A stretch of 55,512 bases of DNA from Planctomycetia bacterium (GCA_030527705.1 JAUNAI010000001.1:1-55512); one strand, 5' to 3'; positions 44,345 to 55,306 are shown, counted from the first letter of the stretch. Notes: a model not told the origin generated them from the letters alone. Numbers and translations are program-made.

Positions 44345-47300
44345 TTGTCAATTCGAGTTTACGCTTTAGCTAAAGAGTTAAATGTTGATAAGAATGATCT
44401 GATGAATTTGTGTAGCAATTTGAATATTGGTACCAAAGGAAACAGCGCATTAGCTTGCATTTCGGATGCAGATGCAATTAAAGTGAAAGAATACCTTGCG
44501 AAAGGTGCTGGTACTTCTCCCCGTAAAGCAAATCGTTCGGAAAATACGGCTCCGTTGGAACCCCCGAAGAATATCGTGACGGGGCGAGTGCCAACGTTGC
44601 CTTCCAAACCACGTCGTACTGAGAAAAAAGAGACGGCGAAGGTGGAGCGCGTGGAAGAAGATAGCGCGTCAGTCGTGCCGGCTGTGGCAGAATCGGATGT
44701 AAAAGCCGAAATTTCTGAAAATAGTGTAAGTTCATCTGTTGTTGTAGAAGAAAAAGAGTCGAAAAAGTCAGAAAGTGCACAGAGTAAAAATAATGTGCAG
44801 GATTCTGTTTTGTCGGAAACCCCAGCTGCTGAAATTGAGAAGGGTGCTACGAAGGCAGTCAAAGTAAAAGTGGAAGCGGGAGAAGAGGATACGGTTAAAG
44901 AATCTGTGAAAGTTGAGGCGTCTAGTGACGTGAAAGTGATGGATTCTGCATCGAAGACCGAAAATGAGACCGCGAATACACAGGAAGTAGCAGAAGTTCC
45001 GGCAGTAGATATTCCAGAAACGAAAACGAGTCCGGTTTCTGAAGAAAAAGTAGTAGTTGAGCTGACGGAAAAATCTGAAGAAAAGGTGACAGAAACTGAA
45101 AGTGGGAAATCTGATAAAGAAACTGCTGGAAGTGATGTAGAAAAGGTTACCGAAAAAGAGACGGACAAGTCAGAGAAAATTGCAGAAAAAACGGTGGTAA
45201 AGTCTGGCGAAAAATCGTCGGAAAAGGCGTCAACCAAGGAACGTTCTGGAAAAGAAGGACGTAAAAACAAGGAAAAAGAAGGTGGACGCGGAGAACGCCG
45301 TAAGGGTAATGGTCCGTTGTCGAAGAAGATGCGAGCTTCTGAGAATCAGTCTCGTACTCCAGTATTGTCAGTGGCGGAGAAAATTGCGATGGAAGCCCAG
45401 ACGGGCGTGCCGGTTCGACCGACGTTTGATAATTCATTCCCGACGCTTCAGTCTGCACGTACGACACGGCATGAAGAAGCAGGGAAAACGGGTTCCAATT
45501 CGCATCGTGAAGACCGTCGTTCACCAGGTTTGCGTTTAGCGCCAGTTCCACAGGCGAAAACACCGGCTCCGAAGAAACAGGAACCAGCTGGAATGGTTCC
45601 GCAGGTGCGCTTGACACCGGAAGAAATCCGTGCGATGATGGCGGGCAACACGGACGCAATTATGCGGAAAGTGGAAGATGTTCAGAATCGGAACGCGAAG
45701 GAAAATGCGCGTGAAGACCGTCAGCGTGGAAATAAGGATAAGGGCGGAAAAGAGAAAGGTTCCGGAAACGGTCAGGAACGCTCGAACGACAAGAAAAATC
45801 GCCGGAATAATAACAGTAATAACGGAAATAATCAGCAACAGTCAGAGAATCGGTCGTCCCGAGCACAACAGGTTGCTCAGCAGCAGATGCCGATGGAGGA
45901 AGGTTCCTCGAAATTTGGCGCGAAAAAATCTGGTAATAAGAGTGGACGTAAGGAAACGAGCGGTCGCCGTGGTTCTGGAATGGGTGATGGAGGAGAATCG
46001 CTCCACTCGCCTAGTCGTGATTCGCGATTCGGCGCGACGGATAAACGTGCTAAAGGCCGTCGAATTACGATGGACGACGACGATTATGAGCACAGCATGT
46101 CACATTTCCGGAACGGGAAGAAGCAGAAAGGTACTAGTGGCGCTGGCGTGACGGCTCCGCGTAAGAGTAGTTACGTATTGCAGTTGCCGTTGACGGTCCG
46201 TTCTTTCGCAGAAGGCGTTGGTCTGACGGCAGCGAAGGTACTCGGAAAACTGATGATGGAATTTGGGCTTCCGTCCACGATTACGTCTCCGCTGGATGAA
46301 ACAACGGCACAGTTACTCGCGGAATCATTTGGTATTCCGGTTGATATTCGTCCGGAAGTGACATTGGAAGAACGGCTAATTGGCGATGCGGAAGAAGATC
46401 ATGATAATGAAGAAGATCTGGTCTCTCGTCCGCCGGTGGTGACGTTCCTCGGTCACGTAGACCATGGTAAGACGTCGTTGCTGGACAAGATTATTAATAT
46501 TAACGTCGTTTCGGGCGAAAAAGGCGGTATTACGCAGCATATTCGTGCGTATAACGTGAAATATCAGGATAAGTCGGTGACGTTCGTCGATACACCAGGT
46601 CACGAAGCATTTACAGAAATGCGTGCGCGCGGTGCGAATACGACGGACATTGCGGTTATTGTCGTGGCGGCGGACGACGGTGTCATGCCGCAGACGGAAG
46701 AAGCGATTAGTCATGCGCGAGCGGCTGGAGTGCCGATTATCGTTGCGCTGAATAAAATCGACTTGCCAGGTGTGAATGAAATGCGTATTTTGCAGGAGTT
46801 GGCGACGAATGAATTAACGCCGAGCGAATGGGGTGGTGACGTGGAAGTGGTTCGTTGCTCCGCGCTGACGGGTGAAGGAATCGACTCGCTGATGGAGACG
46901 ATTCTGATGGTGGCAGAACTTCAGGAATTCCGTGCGAATCCGAAACGGCAGGCGAAAGGCGTATGTATCGAGTCGCTCATTCAGCAGGGACGTGGTGTGG
47001 TTGCGAAATTGCTGGTTCAGAACGGAACGCTCCATACGGGTGACGTGGTGGTGTGCGGTTCCTCATACGGACGCATTAAGGCGATGGTCGATACGCTCGA
47101 TTCTCATGTGAAGTATCAGGAAGCGGGACCCGCAATTCCGGTGAGTGTGTTGGGTCTGGATACTGCGCCGGGTGCTGGCGATAAGTTTTATGTATTGGAC
47201 GACATTGCCGATGCGCGACGACTTGCGGAAGAACGCGCGGAACAGGAACATCTGTCGCAGTTGGCTGGCTCGACGAAGACGCATGTGACATTAGAAGGTC

Positions 47301-47941
47301 TGTTCGACTCGCTGGGTAGCAAGGAGGTGAAGACGCTGAATATTATTCTCCGTACGGATGTGCGTGGTTCGATTGAGGCGATTCGCAAGGAACTTGGCAA
47401 GTTGGAACATGAAGAAGTCCAGATTGCAATTCTGCAAGCATCGGTCGGTGGTGTGACGGAAGCGGACGTTCAGTTGGCGGATGCGTCGGACGCGATTATT
47501 ATCGGATTTAACGTGGTTCCGGACGAAAATGCGCGAGTGTTAGCGGAACGGAAAGGCGTTCAGGTTCGGCGTTATGATATTATCTATCAGTTGACGGCTG
47601 ATGTGCGTGCTGCGTTGGAAGGTATGCTCACGCCGGAAGAACACGAGAAAGAACTCGGACGAGCGCTGGTTCAGCAGGTGTTCCAGATTTCGAAAGTTGG
47701 TGCAGTGGCTGGTTGCCGAGTTATTTCGGGCACGATTCCGCGTGACTGTAAGATTCGTATTATTCGTAATAACCGTGTAATTGGAGCGTATGCGCTCGAC
47801 ACGCTGAAACGCGAAAAAGACGACGTGAAAGAAGTCCGCGACGGTTACGAGTGCGGTATGCGTCTGGCTGGTTATAACGATATCAAGGAAGGCGACGTGT
47901 TTGAAGCGTTCCAGATTGAGTCGGTTGCGCGTACGTTTTAA
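44345..47941 (+). CDS. infB: translation initiation factor IF-2 with a very long low-complexity N-terminal extension
   Basis: The C-terminal ~590 aa are canonical ([24 protein letters not shown]). The N-terminus (M)[13 protein letters not shown] is typical for IF-2. I favour TTG 44345, which lies 9 nt after GGGAG. ATG 44309 is the alternative. Confidence 0.92.
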   Translation: MSIRVYALAKELNVDKNDLMNLCSNLNIGTKGNSALACISDADAIKVKEYLAKGAGTSPRKANRSENTAPLEPPKNIVTGRVPTLPSKPRRTEKKETAKVERVEEDSASVVPAVAESDVKAEISENSVSSSVVVEEKESKKSESAQSKNNVQDSVLSETPAAEIEKGATKAVKVKVEAGEEDTVKESVKVEASSDVKVMDSASKTENETANTQEVAEVPAVDIPETKTSPVSEEKVVVELTEKSEEKVTETESGKSDKETAGSDVEKVTEKETDKSEKIAEKTVVKSGEKSSEKASTKERSGKEGRKNKEKEGGRGERRKGNGPLSKKMRASENQSRTPVLSVAEKIAMEAQTGVPVRPTFDNSFPTLQSARTTRHEEAGKTGSNSHREDRRSPGLRLAPVPQAKTPAPKKQEPAGMVPQVRLTPEEIRAMMAGNTDAIMRKVEDVQNRNAKENAREDRQRGNKDKGGKEKGSGNGQERSNDKKNRRNNNSNNGNNQQQSENRSSRAQQVAQQQMPMEEGSSKFGAKKSGNKSGRKETSGRRGSGMGDGGESLHSPSRDSRFGATDKRAKGRRITMDDDDYEHSMSHFRNGKKQKGTSGAGVTAPRKSSYVLQLPLTVRSFAEGVGLTAAKVLGKLMMEFGLPSTITSPLDETTAQLLAESFGIPVDIRPEVTLEERLIGDAEEDHDNEEDLVSRPPVVTFLGHVDHGKTSLLDKIININVVSGEKGGITQHIRAYNVKYQDKSVTFVDTPGHEAFTEMRARGANTTDIAVIVVAADDGVMPQTEEAISHARAAGVPIIVALNKIDLPGVNEMRILQELATNELTPSEWGGDVEVVRCSALTGEGIDSLMETILMVAELQEFRANPKRQAKGVCIESLIQQGRGVVAKLLVQNGTLHTGDVVVCGSSYGRIKAMVDTLDSHVKYQEAGPAIPVSVLGLDTAPGAGDKFYVLDDIADARRLAEERAEQEHLSQLAGSTKTHVTLEGLFDSLGSKEVKTLNIILRTDVRGSIEAIRKELGKLEHEEVQIAILQASVGGVTEADVQLADASDAIIIGFNVVPDENARVLAERKGVQVRRYDIIYQLTADVRAALEGMLTPEEHEKELGRALVQQVFQISKVGAVAGCRVISGTIPRDCKIRIIRNNRVIGAYALDTLKREKDDVKEVRDGYECGMRLAGYNDIKEGDVFEAFQIESVARTF

Positions 47942-47949
47942 GAAAACAC

Positions 47950-48215
47950 TGAATAAATACCTGCGATGCAGTCGCGATCAAGAAGTTTTTTGAAATTTTT
48001 AATACCGATGCAACATGATATTTCGTTTCACGTCGTTACGCGTTGCGAAATGACTTGCGTCAGGACCGTCCAGTGTGGTATGGTAGTTTAACCTTTTAGT
48101 GGGTTTGGAGAGAAAAAACATTCAAAATGTTGTCTCCCCACGGCTGTTATGACATTCTAGGTAGCAAGTTCCTCCCGATAGGGTAGATCTTGTGTAATGT
48201 GTTTAGCCTAAAATT
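47950..48215 (+). repeat. intergenic repeat family R1, long form (copy c)
   Basis: It starts about 10 nt after the infB stop and aligns with copies a1, a2 and b. A degenerate R2-like tail follows (to about 48290). Confidence 0.7.
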
Positions 48216-48318
48216 TACTTCATTCCGTTACAAAAAACTTTTATTTTATAAAACGCGACTTAATCAGCGTTTCCTTAGGGAACGTTATTAAAAGAAATTT
48301 ATGTAGAAGGAAAAGGGA

Positions 48319-48741
48319 ATGCCGTCAAGAAGAGTATTGAAAGCGGCCGAAGCGATTCGTGAGGTGGTTGGAATGTCGATTTTGCGCGACATTCAGGACC
48401 CGCGCGTGGCAGGTGTCACGATTACATATGTGGAAGTTTCCGGCGACATGCAGCAGGCGAAAATTCATGTTTCCATAATGGGGACGGAAGCGAAACAGAA
48501 GTTGTGTCTTAAGGGACTTCAGAACGCTGCTGGTTTTTTTCAGAGAAAAATTGCGGACCGGATTCAGACGCGATATACGCCGAAAGTGCTTTTTGTGTTG
48601 GATAAAGGGGTGAAGCACTCAATTTTAGTATCCAAGTTACTGAAAGAAGTACTTCCGGAAGACGAGACAAAAGCGTCTTGCATTGGGGAAATGCAGGTTG
48701 AGGGTGAGTCTGAGACGTCGAGCGAGATGACTCAGGAATAG
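48319..48741 (+). CDS. rbfA: ribosome-binding factor A
   Basis: Contains RVLKAAEAIREVVGMSILRDIQDPRV..VTIT.VEVSGDMQQAKI.VS...TRYTPKVLFVLD. Confidence 0.9.
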   Translation: MPSRRVLKAAEAIREVVGMSILRDIQDPRVAGVTITYVEVSGDMQQAKIHVSIMGTEAKQKLCLKGLQNAAGFFQRKIADRIQTRYTPKVLFVLDKGVKHSILVSKLLKEVLPEDETKASCIGEMQVEGESETSSEMTQE

Positions 48742-48785
48742 CGTCTAAAAAACATCAAAAAATCATCAACGGTAAAGGGAAAGTA

Positions 48786-50132
48786 ATGACTTCATCCAAT
48801 CGAACAGACGTGTTGAAGCGACTTTATGCGGAACTGAAGAAAAAGTATACCGCGGTGAAGCCTGTTGAACGGACGGTTCTGGAGCATTTTTTGTATGCGA
48901 CGTGCCTGGAAGACGCAACTTATCAGGCGGCGGACGCTGCGTTCTCGGCATTGGTGAATACCATGTCGGGATGGAATGAAGTGCGAGTCAGTAGCGTGGC
49001 GGAATTAGCGGAGTTGATGCCACAACTTCCTGATCCGCGTGGAACGGCGTCAAGAATCCGGAAGATTCTGCATGCGATTTTCGAGGAACGTTACGCATTC
49101 GATATTGATGATATTCGGAAGAAGAATATTAAGGAAGCGTATGAGAAGCTGGAATCGATTCCGGGTGGCACGCCGTTTTCGATTAACATGACGGCGCAGA
49201 TTGCGTTGGGACGTCATGGAATTCCGGTTGGAAACGGAGAAAAACGTTTACTTTATGTTCTTGGTATCATTGATGAAAAAGATATAGAAGGGCGTGAAAT
49301 TGCCGGACTGAATCGTGCGATTACGAAAACGCAAGGGATGGAATTCGCTTCCCTACTCCATCAGTTGGCGTCGGCATTCGTACAAAATCCGGAAGCTCGG
49401 AAGATTGTTTCTTTCCTGAAAGCGTTCGCTCCAGATTTCCGAAAGAGAATGCCGAAACGGCGTGAAATTCGGAATGAAGACCCGCAGGAAACACCGGAAC
49501 CGACGCATGTGCATGAGGTTCCGCGTCAGAATATGATAGAGTTACTGATTAACGACCCGGATTTCCGGCAGGAACAGAAAGAAGAGAAGTTTGAAGAATC
49601 CTACGACATGTCGGAGGAAAAGGCGAAAGAAGCGTATCTTGAAGAGGCAGCTAAAGCACGTCGTAAGGGGCTGAAGGGCGAGCCAGAGTATTTTGAGGAC
49701 GTGATGGAAGAGGATGAGGACGATTATTATGTCGAAAAGCCGATAAAGTCGGCAAAAACGGCAAGTAAGAAGTCGGAAAGTTCCTCGGAAGTGAGTAGTA
49801 AGAAGGCCTCTGGGAAGTCGGTGAGCGCGAAAACGGAGAAAGTTGAAAAGGTTGAAAAATCTGAAAAAACTGACAAGTCCGAGAAAGCTGGAAAGTCCGA
49901 GAAAGTAGTGGAAAAAGCATCCGGAAAATCTACGGGAAAAGCGACGGTGAAAGAAGCTGGGAAAGAAGCTGAACCGGTCGTAGAGAAGGTGAAATTGGCT
50001 GGAAAGTTGACGACGAAATCGAATGTGAAAGCGGAAAAACCTCTGGCGAAAACGTCAGGAAAATCCGTGAAGAAGGGTGATGCTGAAGAAACAGAGAAAC
50101 CGAAAAAGAGCACGAAAGGTTCTAAAAAATAA
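48786..50132 (+). CDS. hypothetical protein: EndoIII-like helix-hairpin-helix N-terminal domain plus ~190-aa K/E/S-rich (histone-H1-like) tail
   Basis: The N-terminal ~210 aa loosely follow the HhH-GPD pattern (LESIPGGTPFSINMTAQIALGRHGIPVGNGEKRLLYVLGII). The tail is rich in EKVEKVEKSEKTDKSEKAGKSEK-type repeats. The family call is weak. Confidence 0.45.
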   Translation: MTSSNRTDVLKRLYAELKKKYTAVKPVERTVLEHFLYATCLEDATYQAADAAFSALVNTMSGWNEVRVSSVAELAELMPQLPDPRGTASRIRKILHAIFEERYAFDIDDIRKKNIKEAYEKLESIPGGTPFSINMTAQIALGRHGIPVGNGEKRLLYVLGIIDEKDIEGREIAGLNRAITKTQGMEFASLLHQLASAFVQNPEARKIVSFLKAFAPDFRKRMPKRREIRNEDPQETPEPTHVHEVPRQNMIELLINDPDFRQEQKEEKFEESYDMSEEKAKEAYLEEAAKARRKGLKGEPEYFEDVMEEDEDDYYVEKPIKSAKTASKKSESSSEVSSKKASGKSVSAKTEKVEKVEKSEKTDKSEKAGKSEKVVEKASGKSTGKATVKEAGKEAEPVVEKVKLAGKLTTKSNVKAEKPLAKTSGKSVKKGDAEETEKPKKSTKGSKK

Positions 50133-50223
50133 AGGATAAGTCGGTAGTTTCGGAACGGTTTTTCAGTTAAATTTCCAGAAAATTTCGGAAAAAAAGAAGG
50201 CAAAACGACAAAAGGGATATACC

Positions 50224-52728
50224 ATGAAACAGCTTTTTCAGAGTAAAATGTTTCGGTGTGCCGGTGTCGTTTTGTCTTTTTATTTTTTGGTACAGGGTGA
50301 TCCGTGCGCAGGTCAGGAGGTTGTGGAAACGGCCCAAGTCGCGGAGAAAGTACCATTTCAGCCGGTACTGAAGGGACCGACGCAGGAAGAGGCGGACCTG
50401 AAAAAAGCGGAATATCTGTTTATTCAGGGACGTGTTTTGGAGGCGGAAAAACGAGGGCGACAGGCGTTACAACGTTATGAACGTGCTTGTCAGTATGCGT
50501 CTTCAGATACGATTCTGGTCTGTTTAGTGTCGCTGGCGCTTCAGCAAAAACGCTATGATGAGGCGTTACGTTATTTTGATAAAATCTCGAATCCCAGTCT
50601 GTTGGGGATAGAAACTCTGGATGAACTTTCCACGAAATGTGCACGGTTGGGCGAGAGTGACCGTGTGGTGATGATTTATCGTGCTATTCTGAAAACGATT
50701 CCGCTGAATGATTCGGGACCGTTGCGGATGTTGGTGCATGATCGACTTGGCTGGAGTGAGTACGAGGCGGAGAATTTCGACGCGGCACTTATTTCGTTGA
50801 ATGCTGTGCGGATGATGCTGAAAAATCCGGCCCGTTATGGTGTTGATGAGGAATCGCTAACATTTTTTGAAGGGAGCGAGGAGCTGAATCTATGTCTGTT
50901 ACTGGATATTTATATCGCGCAGAAACAGGCGGAAAAGGCACGGGAAATTCTTGCGGAATGGAAGGCTTATAAAGAGAAGAGTTTCGAGAAAAGCGAGCTT
51001 TCTGAGGAAGAATTGCGCGTGAAACGGGAAGAGTGTGAACAGCAATTTCTTTTTGAATCTGCCCGAATCGCGTATGTGGAAGAGGACGCAGAAAAGGCAC
51101 TGGAGCTGGTGATGAAAGCGTATGAGGCGGGGTATGAGGAAACGCCGTATTATGTGCTTTTAGAAACGATTCTCGAAACGCTGGGACACGGCGATGAATT
51201 GGTCGGGAAGTTGGAGGAGTTGGCGAAGAAGTTACCGAAAATGGTGGCTCCGAGAAAACGGTTATTAATGGAGTATCTGAAACGCGCGAGAGATACAGAA
51301 ACGGTAGAAGAACGGACGGAAGTACGAAATCGGATAGAAATCGTGTTGCAGCAGCTGGAAGAAATTGAGGGAAAGCTGAATCGGGAACTTTCAGACTGTA
51401 TTCATCTCATTTTTGCATGTTGGGATGAGAATATGGCGGAATTTATAAAGTTGGCGGACGGTGTGATACTGGAAAGTGAAAGTTCAGATTGCATTTTGGA
51501 TGTTTGGGATTTTGTGTCCAATGTAGATGAACGAATTATTTCTGAAACGAATAATAAGGTCGAAGAGATAAAAAAAACGTCGGAAGCTGATGGGGTGGGG
51601 GAAAGTAACGAAGAAAATAGGGGAGAAGTAGAGGAAGAGGCAGAAGAGGACAGAAATGGGTGGTTCCCGAATGCAGAGGCACGGGAATTCGCGGTAAAAG
51701 TGGTGGATTTCGTTCTGAAAGAGTATATAGAGACGAAAAAAACGGGTGGACCGTGGCGGGGAATCTGGCTGGCGAGTGTGTTGGCGGAGGAACTGGGACG
51801 GACGGAGGACGCGCGGGTACTGAGTATGGCGGTACTTGAAATGCTGGAAAAAGCGGGCGTGCAGAAAGATAAATGGTCAGACTCCGAGTGGATCGTCGCG
51901 GAGAAATTCATCATGGATTGGGGTGTGCGACTGGCGGAAGCGGAAGAGCTGGAGTGTGCAGAAGAGTTTTTCCGTCGTGGAAAGGTGCTATTATCGAAAT
52001 CGGTACAGATGAAGGTCGCGTATGTGCGTGTTCTACTGAATCAGGGAGCACTGGAGGCGGCAGAGAAGGAAATTCAGAAGTTACGGCAGGAGGAGCCTGA
52101 GAATTTGGAATATACGTTGTTGGAAGCCGCATATTTACAGCAGAATCGGAAATATGATGATGCGTGTGTTGTATTATATGCGATTCTTGAAGAACTAGCG
52201 GATAATTACAGTGCAGAAATAAATCGGGAGTACGTCCAGATGATTCGGCAACAGATTTCGACGCTTGAGGAACAGCGTGGGAATATGGACGCGGCGGAGG
52301 AATTGTTGCGGACCGCACTGGATGAATTTCCGGATGATGTGTCGGTGAAAAACTCATTGGCGTATTTCTGGGCATGTAATAACCAGAATTTACAGCGTGC
52401 GTTACGGTATTCCAGAGAGTCGTTGAAAACGGATCCGGAATCAGGTGCGTATTTAGATACATTGGGATGGATTTACTATCGGCTTGGCGAGTTGGAACAA
52501 GCGTTGGAGTATCTGAACCAAGCGGTGGAAAAGATTATGGATGATCCGGTTCTTTTCAGCCATTTAGGGGATGTTTATGCCGCGTTGGGCCAGAAAGAGA
52601 AGGCGGTGGAGAGTTTTCAGAAATCCATTAAGGAGTTTCAGGAACTTCAGAAGAAGTCGCAGAGTTTTAATCCGAAAGATTGGGAACATGCGGTGAAACA
52701 GCTGGAGTCGCTGAAGAAAGAAGGATAA
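50224..52728 (+). CDS. secreted TPR-repeat protein
   Basis: 834 aa with a signal-like N-terminus (FRCAGVVLSFYFLVQGDPCAG). TPR-like A/L/Y helices are clearest at the C-terminus (AYLDTLGWIYYRLGELEQALEYLNQAV...LGDVYAALGQKEKAVESFQKSI). Confidence 0.75.
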   Translation: MKQLFQSKMFRCAGVVLSFYFLVQGDPCAGQEVVETAQVAEKVPFQPVLKGPTQEEADLKKAEYLFIQGRVLEAEKRGRQALQRYERACQYASSDTILVCLVSLALQQKRYDEALRYFDKISNPSLLGIETLDELSTKCARLGESDRVVMIYRAILKTIPLNDSGPLRMLVHDRLGWSEYEAENFDAALISLNAVRMMLKNPARYGVDEESLTFFEGSEELNLCLLLDIYIAQKQAEKAREILAEWKAYKEKSFEKSELSEEELRVKREECEQQFLFESARIAYVEEDAEKALELVMKAYEAGYEETPYYVLLETILETLGHGDELVGKLEELAKKLPKMVAPRKRLLMEYLKRARDTETVEERTEVRNRIEIVLQQLEEIEGKLNRELSDCIHLIFACWDENMAEFIKLADGVILESESSDCILDVWDFVSNVDERIISETNNKVEEIKKTSEADGVGESNEENRGEVEEEAEEDRNGWFPNAEAREFAVKVVDFVLKEYIETKKTGGPWRGIWLASVLAEELGRTEDARVLSMAVLEMLEKAGVQKDKWSDSEWIVAEKFIMDWGVRLAEAEELECAEEFFRRGKVLLSKSVQMKVAYVRVLLNQGALEAAEKEIQKLRQEEPENLEYTLLEAAYLQQNRKYDDACVVLYAILEELADNYSAEINREYVQMIRQQISTLEEQRGNMDAAEELLRTALDEFPDDVSVKNSLAYFWACNNQNLQRALRYSRESLKTDPESGAYLDTLGWIYYRLGELEQALEYLNQAVEKIMDDPVLFSHLGDVYAALGQKEKAVESFQKSIKEFQELQKKSQSFNPKDWEHAVKQLESLKKEG

Positions 52729-52821
52729 ATTTCCTACGGAGTTTAATGCTCATGTGGGAAGTGGACATAAAACGAGTAATAACAAGTAATAATAACGGAT
52801 ACTCAAAAAAGAGGAGAAGAT

Positions 52822-53577
52822 ATGTCTGGACATTCAAAATGGGCGAACATCAAGCACAAAAAAGCGGCTGTTGACGCGAAAAAAGGAAAGGTCTGGAGCC
52901 GGATGGCGAAGAGCATTATCACGGCTGCGCGTGGTGGTTCGGATCCGTCGATGAACGCTCGTCTGCGTCTGGCGGTGGAATCTGCGAAAGCGGTCGGTAT
53001 GCCGCGTGATAATATTGAGCGTGCGATTCGTAAAGGTTCCGGTGAAGCGAACGCGGGTGCCGTGATGGAAGAAATCCTCTATGAGGGTTACGGATGTGCG
53101 GGAACGGCTGTAATCTGCGAGATTCTGACGGATAATCGTAATCGTACGGCGCCGGAAGTGCGTAAGATTTTCGAGTCTGCGGGTGGAAAAATGGGAACGA
53201 GCGGCTGCGTCGGCTACATGTTCGACCGTAAAGGGCTGATTGTTGTAGAAGAAGAGCAGATTTCGGAAGACGCGCTGATGGAACTGTTGATGGAAGTAGA
53301 TGGCGATTACTCGCTGAATGATGGTGTGTATGAAATCACTTGTGAGCCGGAAAATTTCACGGCGGTTGCGGAAGCGCTGGAAGGCGCGAAAGTGCAGGTT
53401 CTGGAAGCGAATATCTCCCGTATTCCGCAGAATACGATTGAGATTACGAATCTGGAAGATGCACAGAAGATTCAGCGTCTGATCAGCCGTCTGGAAGATC
53501 ATGATGACGTGTCGGCCGTGTTCTCGAATTACCAGTTCTCGGACGAAATTGAAGAGCAGCTGGACGAGGAAGACTGA
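52822..53577 (+). CDS. yebC: YebC/PmpR-family DNA-binding regulator
   Basis: Contains MSGHSKWANIKHKKAAVDAKKGK...YEGYG..G.A...E.LTDNRNRT. Confidence 0.93.
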   Translation: MSGHSKWANIKHKKAAVDAKKGKVWSRMAKSIITAARGGSDPSMNARLRLAVESAKAVGMPRDNIERAIRKGSGEANAGAVMEEILYEGYGCAGTAVICEILTDNRNRTAPEVRKIFESAGGKMGTSGCVGYMFDRKGLIVVEEEQISEDALMELLMEVDGDYSLNDGVYEITCEPENFTAVAEALEGAKVQVLEANISRIPQNTIEITNLEDAQKIQRLISRLEDHDDVSAVFSNYQFSDEIEEQLDEED

Positions 53578-53616
53578 GATTAATCGACGGCTTTAAACGG
53601 CTTGTTTATTAAAAAT

Positions 53617-53660
53617 TCGCTCGTGATGAAGTGTTTCGTGACTTCATTACGGGCGATTTT
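53617..53660 (+). terminator. intrinsic terminator after yebC
   Basis: 16-bp stem TCGCTCGTGATGAAGT/ACTTCATTACGGGCGA (two mismatches), 8-nt loop, then TTTT. Confidence 0.6.
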
Positions 53661-53695
53661 AAATTTTCTGGGGTTTTAAGTTCATATTGATTAAC

Positions 53696-53855
53696 TGAGG
53701 GACGACGCGCCCGCAAGATCAGATGTCGCGAAAATGGTAGGTTTAAGCTAAAAAGTGTCTAAAAATCACTAATTAAAATCTAAAAATTAGCGTTTTAATG
53801 TGTATTACTGCAACACGAGACGCGTCGCCTCCTAAAAATATGACTTCTTCAGCGC
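53696..53855 (+). repeat. palindromic intergenic element, family R2, copy 2 (more degenerate)
   Basis: Shares with copy 1 the blocks GTCGC.AAAAT, AGC(C)TAAAAA.TGTCTAAAA, CGAGACGCGTCGCCTCC and TGACTTC.TCAG. Confidence 0.6.
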
Positions 53856-53897
53856 TTATTTTAAAAACGGATACTCTATAAATTTTCACTCCCACCC

Positions 53898-53925
53898 TTG
53901 AAAAATCTATTAAGTATAGTAAAAT
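53898..53925 (+). promoter_or_regulatory. candidate promoter TTGAAA-N16-TAAAAT
   Basis: CCCACCC-TTGAAAAAT is nearly identical in layout to the site at 27135-27165. It lies upstream of the 53975 gene. Confidence 0.5.
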
Positions 53926-53974
53926 AAAAAAAACGTTGTTTCATATACAGGGGAAATGGGGAGACTGGGTGAGT

Positions 53975-54997
53975 ATGAATCGAAAAAAAACGATTTTTCA
54001 GATATTTTTCGTGTTATTTTATATAATATTTTCCGGATTGTGTTTACAGATGGTATGTACTTCTGTGTTATGTGCGCAGGCGGTGAATATTCCGAATCAG
54101 CATGGACAGATATGGAAGCAGTATGATATTTCAGGATATACGGGACGGTTTCCGCAGGTGAGTCAGCCAGAAAAGACGATTGCGGACTGGATTCTCATGG
54201 AGACTGGTTTTGAAGTGTGGCACTCGGAGATTCCTGCGATGCTGAATGTGACGCGGAATTCGGTGAATGTGTATCATGTGCCGAAAATTCAGGTACAGGT
54301 TGAAAGCGTGATTCAGCGTTTTGTGAATATTAATCCAGTAGAACAGCAGTTTCGCGTCCATATTTTTACGGTTAGTTCTCCGTACTGGCGACAAAAGGTG
54401 GGAAACCGACTGATTCCGATTCCGAGTTTTTCGATGGGGTCACAGGCGTGGATGGTGCCGCCGGAGGATTTACAGGCGGTGATGGAACTGTTTCGGGGCT
54501 GGTCGGGGTATGTGAATCACGCGTCGGAAGCGAAAGCTGTCCCGAACGGTCAGCGTCTGGAGCTGAATTGGGTAAGGACTCGGAATTATACGCGGAATTT
54601 CTTCACGTCGCCTAGTAGTGGAAAGTCGCCAGAAGCGGAAAATGTGTTGTTGGATGATGGGTTTTCATTCGAGTTCATGCCGTTATTGGGGGTGGATGGA
54701 GTAACGCTGGATGCACAGATTAAGTTTCAAGTGAATCATCTGGATCGGTTTTTGCCGATGTCGATTGTGCCGGCAGGAACGAGTGGAAGAAGTGCGGAGA
54801 AAATTGAGATTCCGATGATTGGACAGTTTCGTTTTCGGGAACGTTACCGTTGGAACGCGGAGAATGCCCTGCTCGTGTCTCCTGGACTAACGCCACCACT
54901 GACATCAAGTGGTGAGGGAAGCGGAATGAGCATCTTTAACTCAACGTATCGAGTGGAAACATTAATTTTGGTGGAAGTACGGAAAAATTATGAGTAA
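53975..54997 (+). CDS. hypothetical secreted protein
   Basis: 340 aa from ATG 53975. The N-terminus is a signal-like helix (IFQIFFVLFYIIFSGLCLQMVCTSVLCAQA). I recognise no motif. Confidence 0.65.
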   Translation: MNRKKTIFQIFFVLFYIIFSGLCLQMVCTSVLCAQAVNIPNQHGQIWKQYDISGYTGRFPQVSQPEKTIADWILMETGFEVWHSEIPAMLNVTRNSVNVYHVPKIQVQVESVIQRFVNINPVEQQFRVHIFTVSSPYWRQKVGNRLIPIPSFSMGSQAWMVPPEDLQAVMELFRGWSGYVNHASEAKAVPNGQRLELNWVRTRNYTRNFFTSPSSGKSPEAENVLLDDGFSFEFMPLLGVDGVTLDAQIKFQVNHLDRFLPMSIVPAGTSGRSAEKIEIPMIGQFRFRERYRWNAENALLVSPGLTPPLTSSGEGSGMSIFNSTYRVETLILVEVRKNYE

Positions 54998-55306
54998 GTG
55001 AGAAAAAACTTAAATTGAAATGGAAATTTTGGTGAGAATGTCGCTTTATTTAAAATTTGCGACGGCGCTATAATGGTTAAAAATGGAAAAATAAGAAAGT
55101 TGAGATGTTAAAATAGGTCGATTGTAGTGGAAAAATAGAAAATTTACAGATTTTTGGTAAATTTTTTGCCGAAATAAGGTTTAGGTCCTTGAATTATCTG
55201 AAAAAAGAGTTAAAATAGATATATAAAAAGTTTATAGTTATAAACTTTTAGACTTAGAAAATGACTAGGAATTTTTCCGCTTAAATTTTATTAAGGAGAT
55301 TTGGGA

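Noticed and set aside
43275-45270. Minus-strand ORFs of 289 aa (43275-44144) and 303 aa (44359-45270).
   Set aside because: They are antisense to nusA and to the low-complexity N-terminus of infB. The Ser/Thr/Phe-rich sequence is the complement of GAA/AAA-rich coding DNA.
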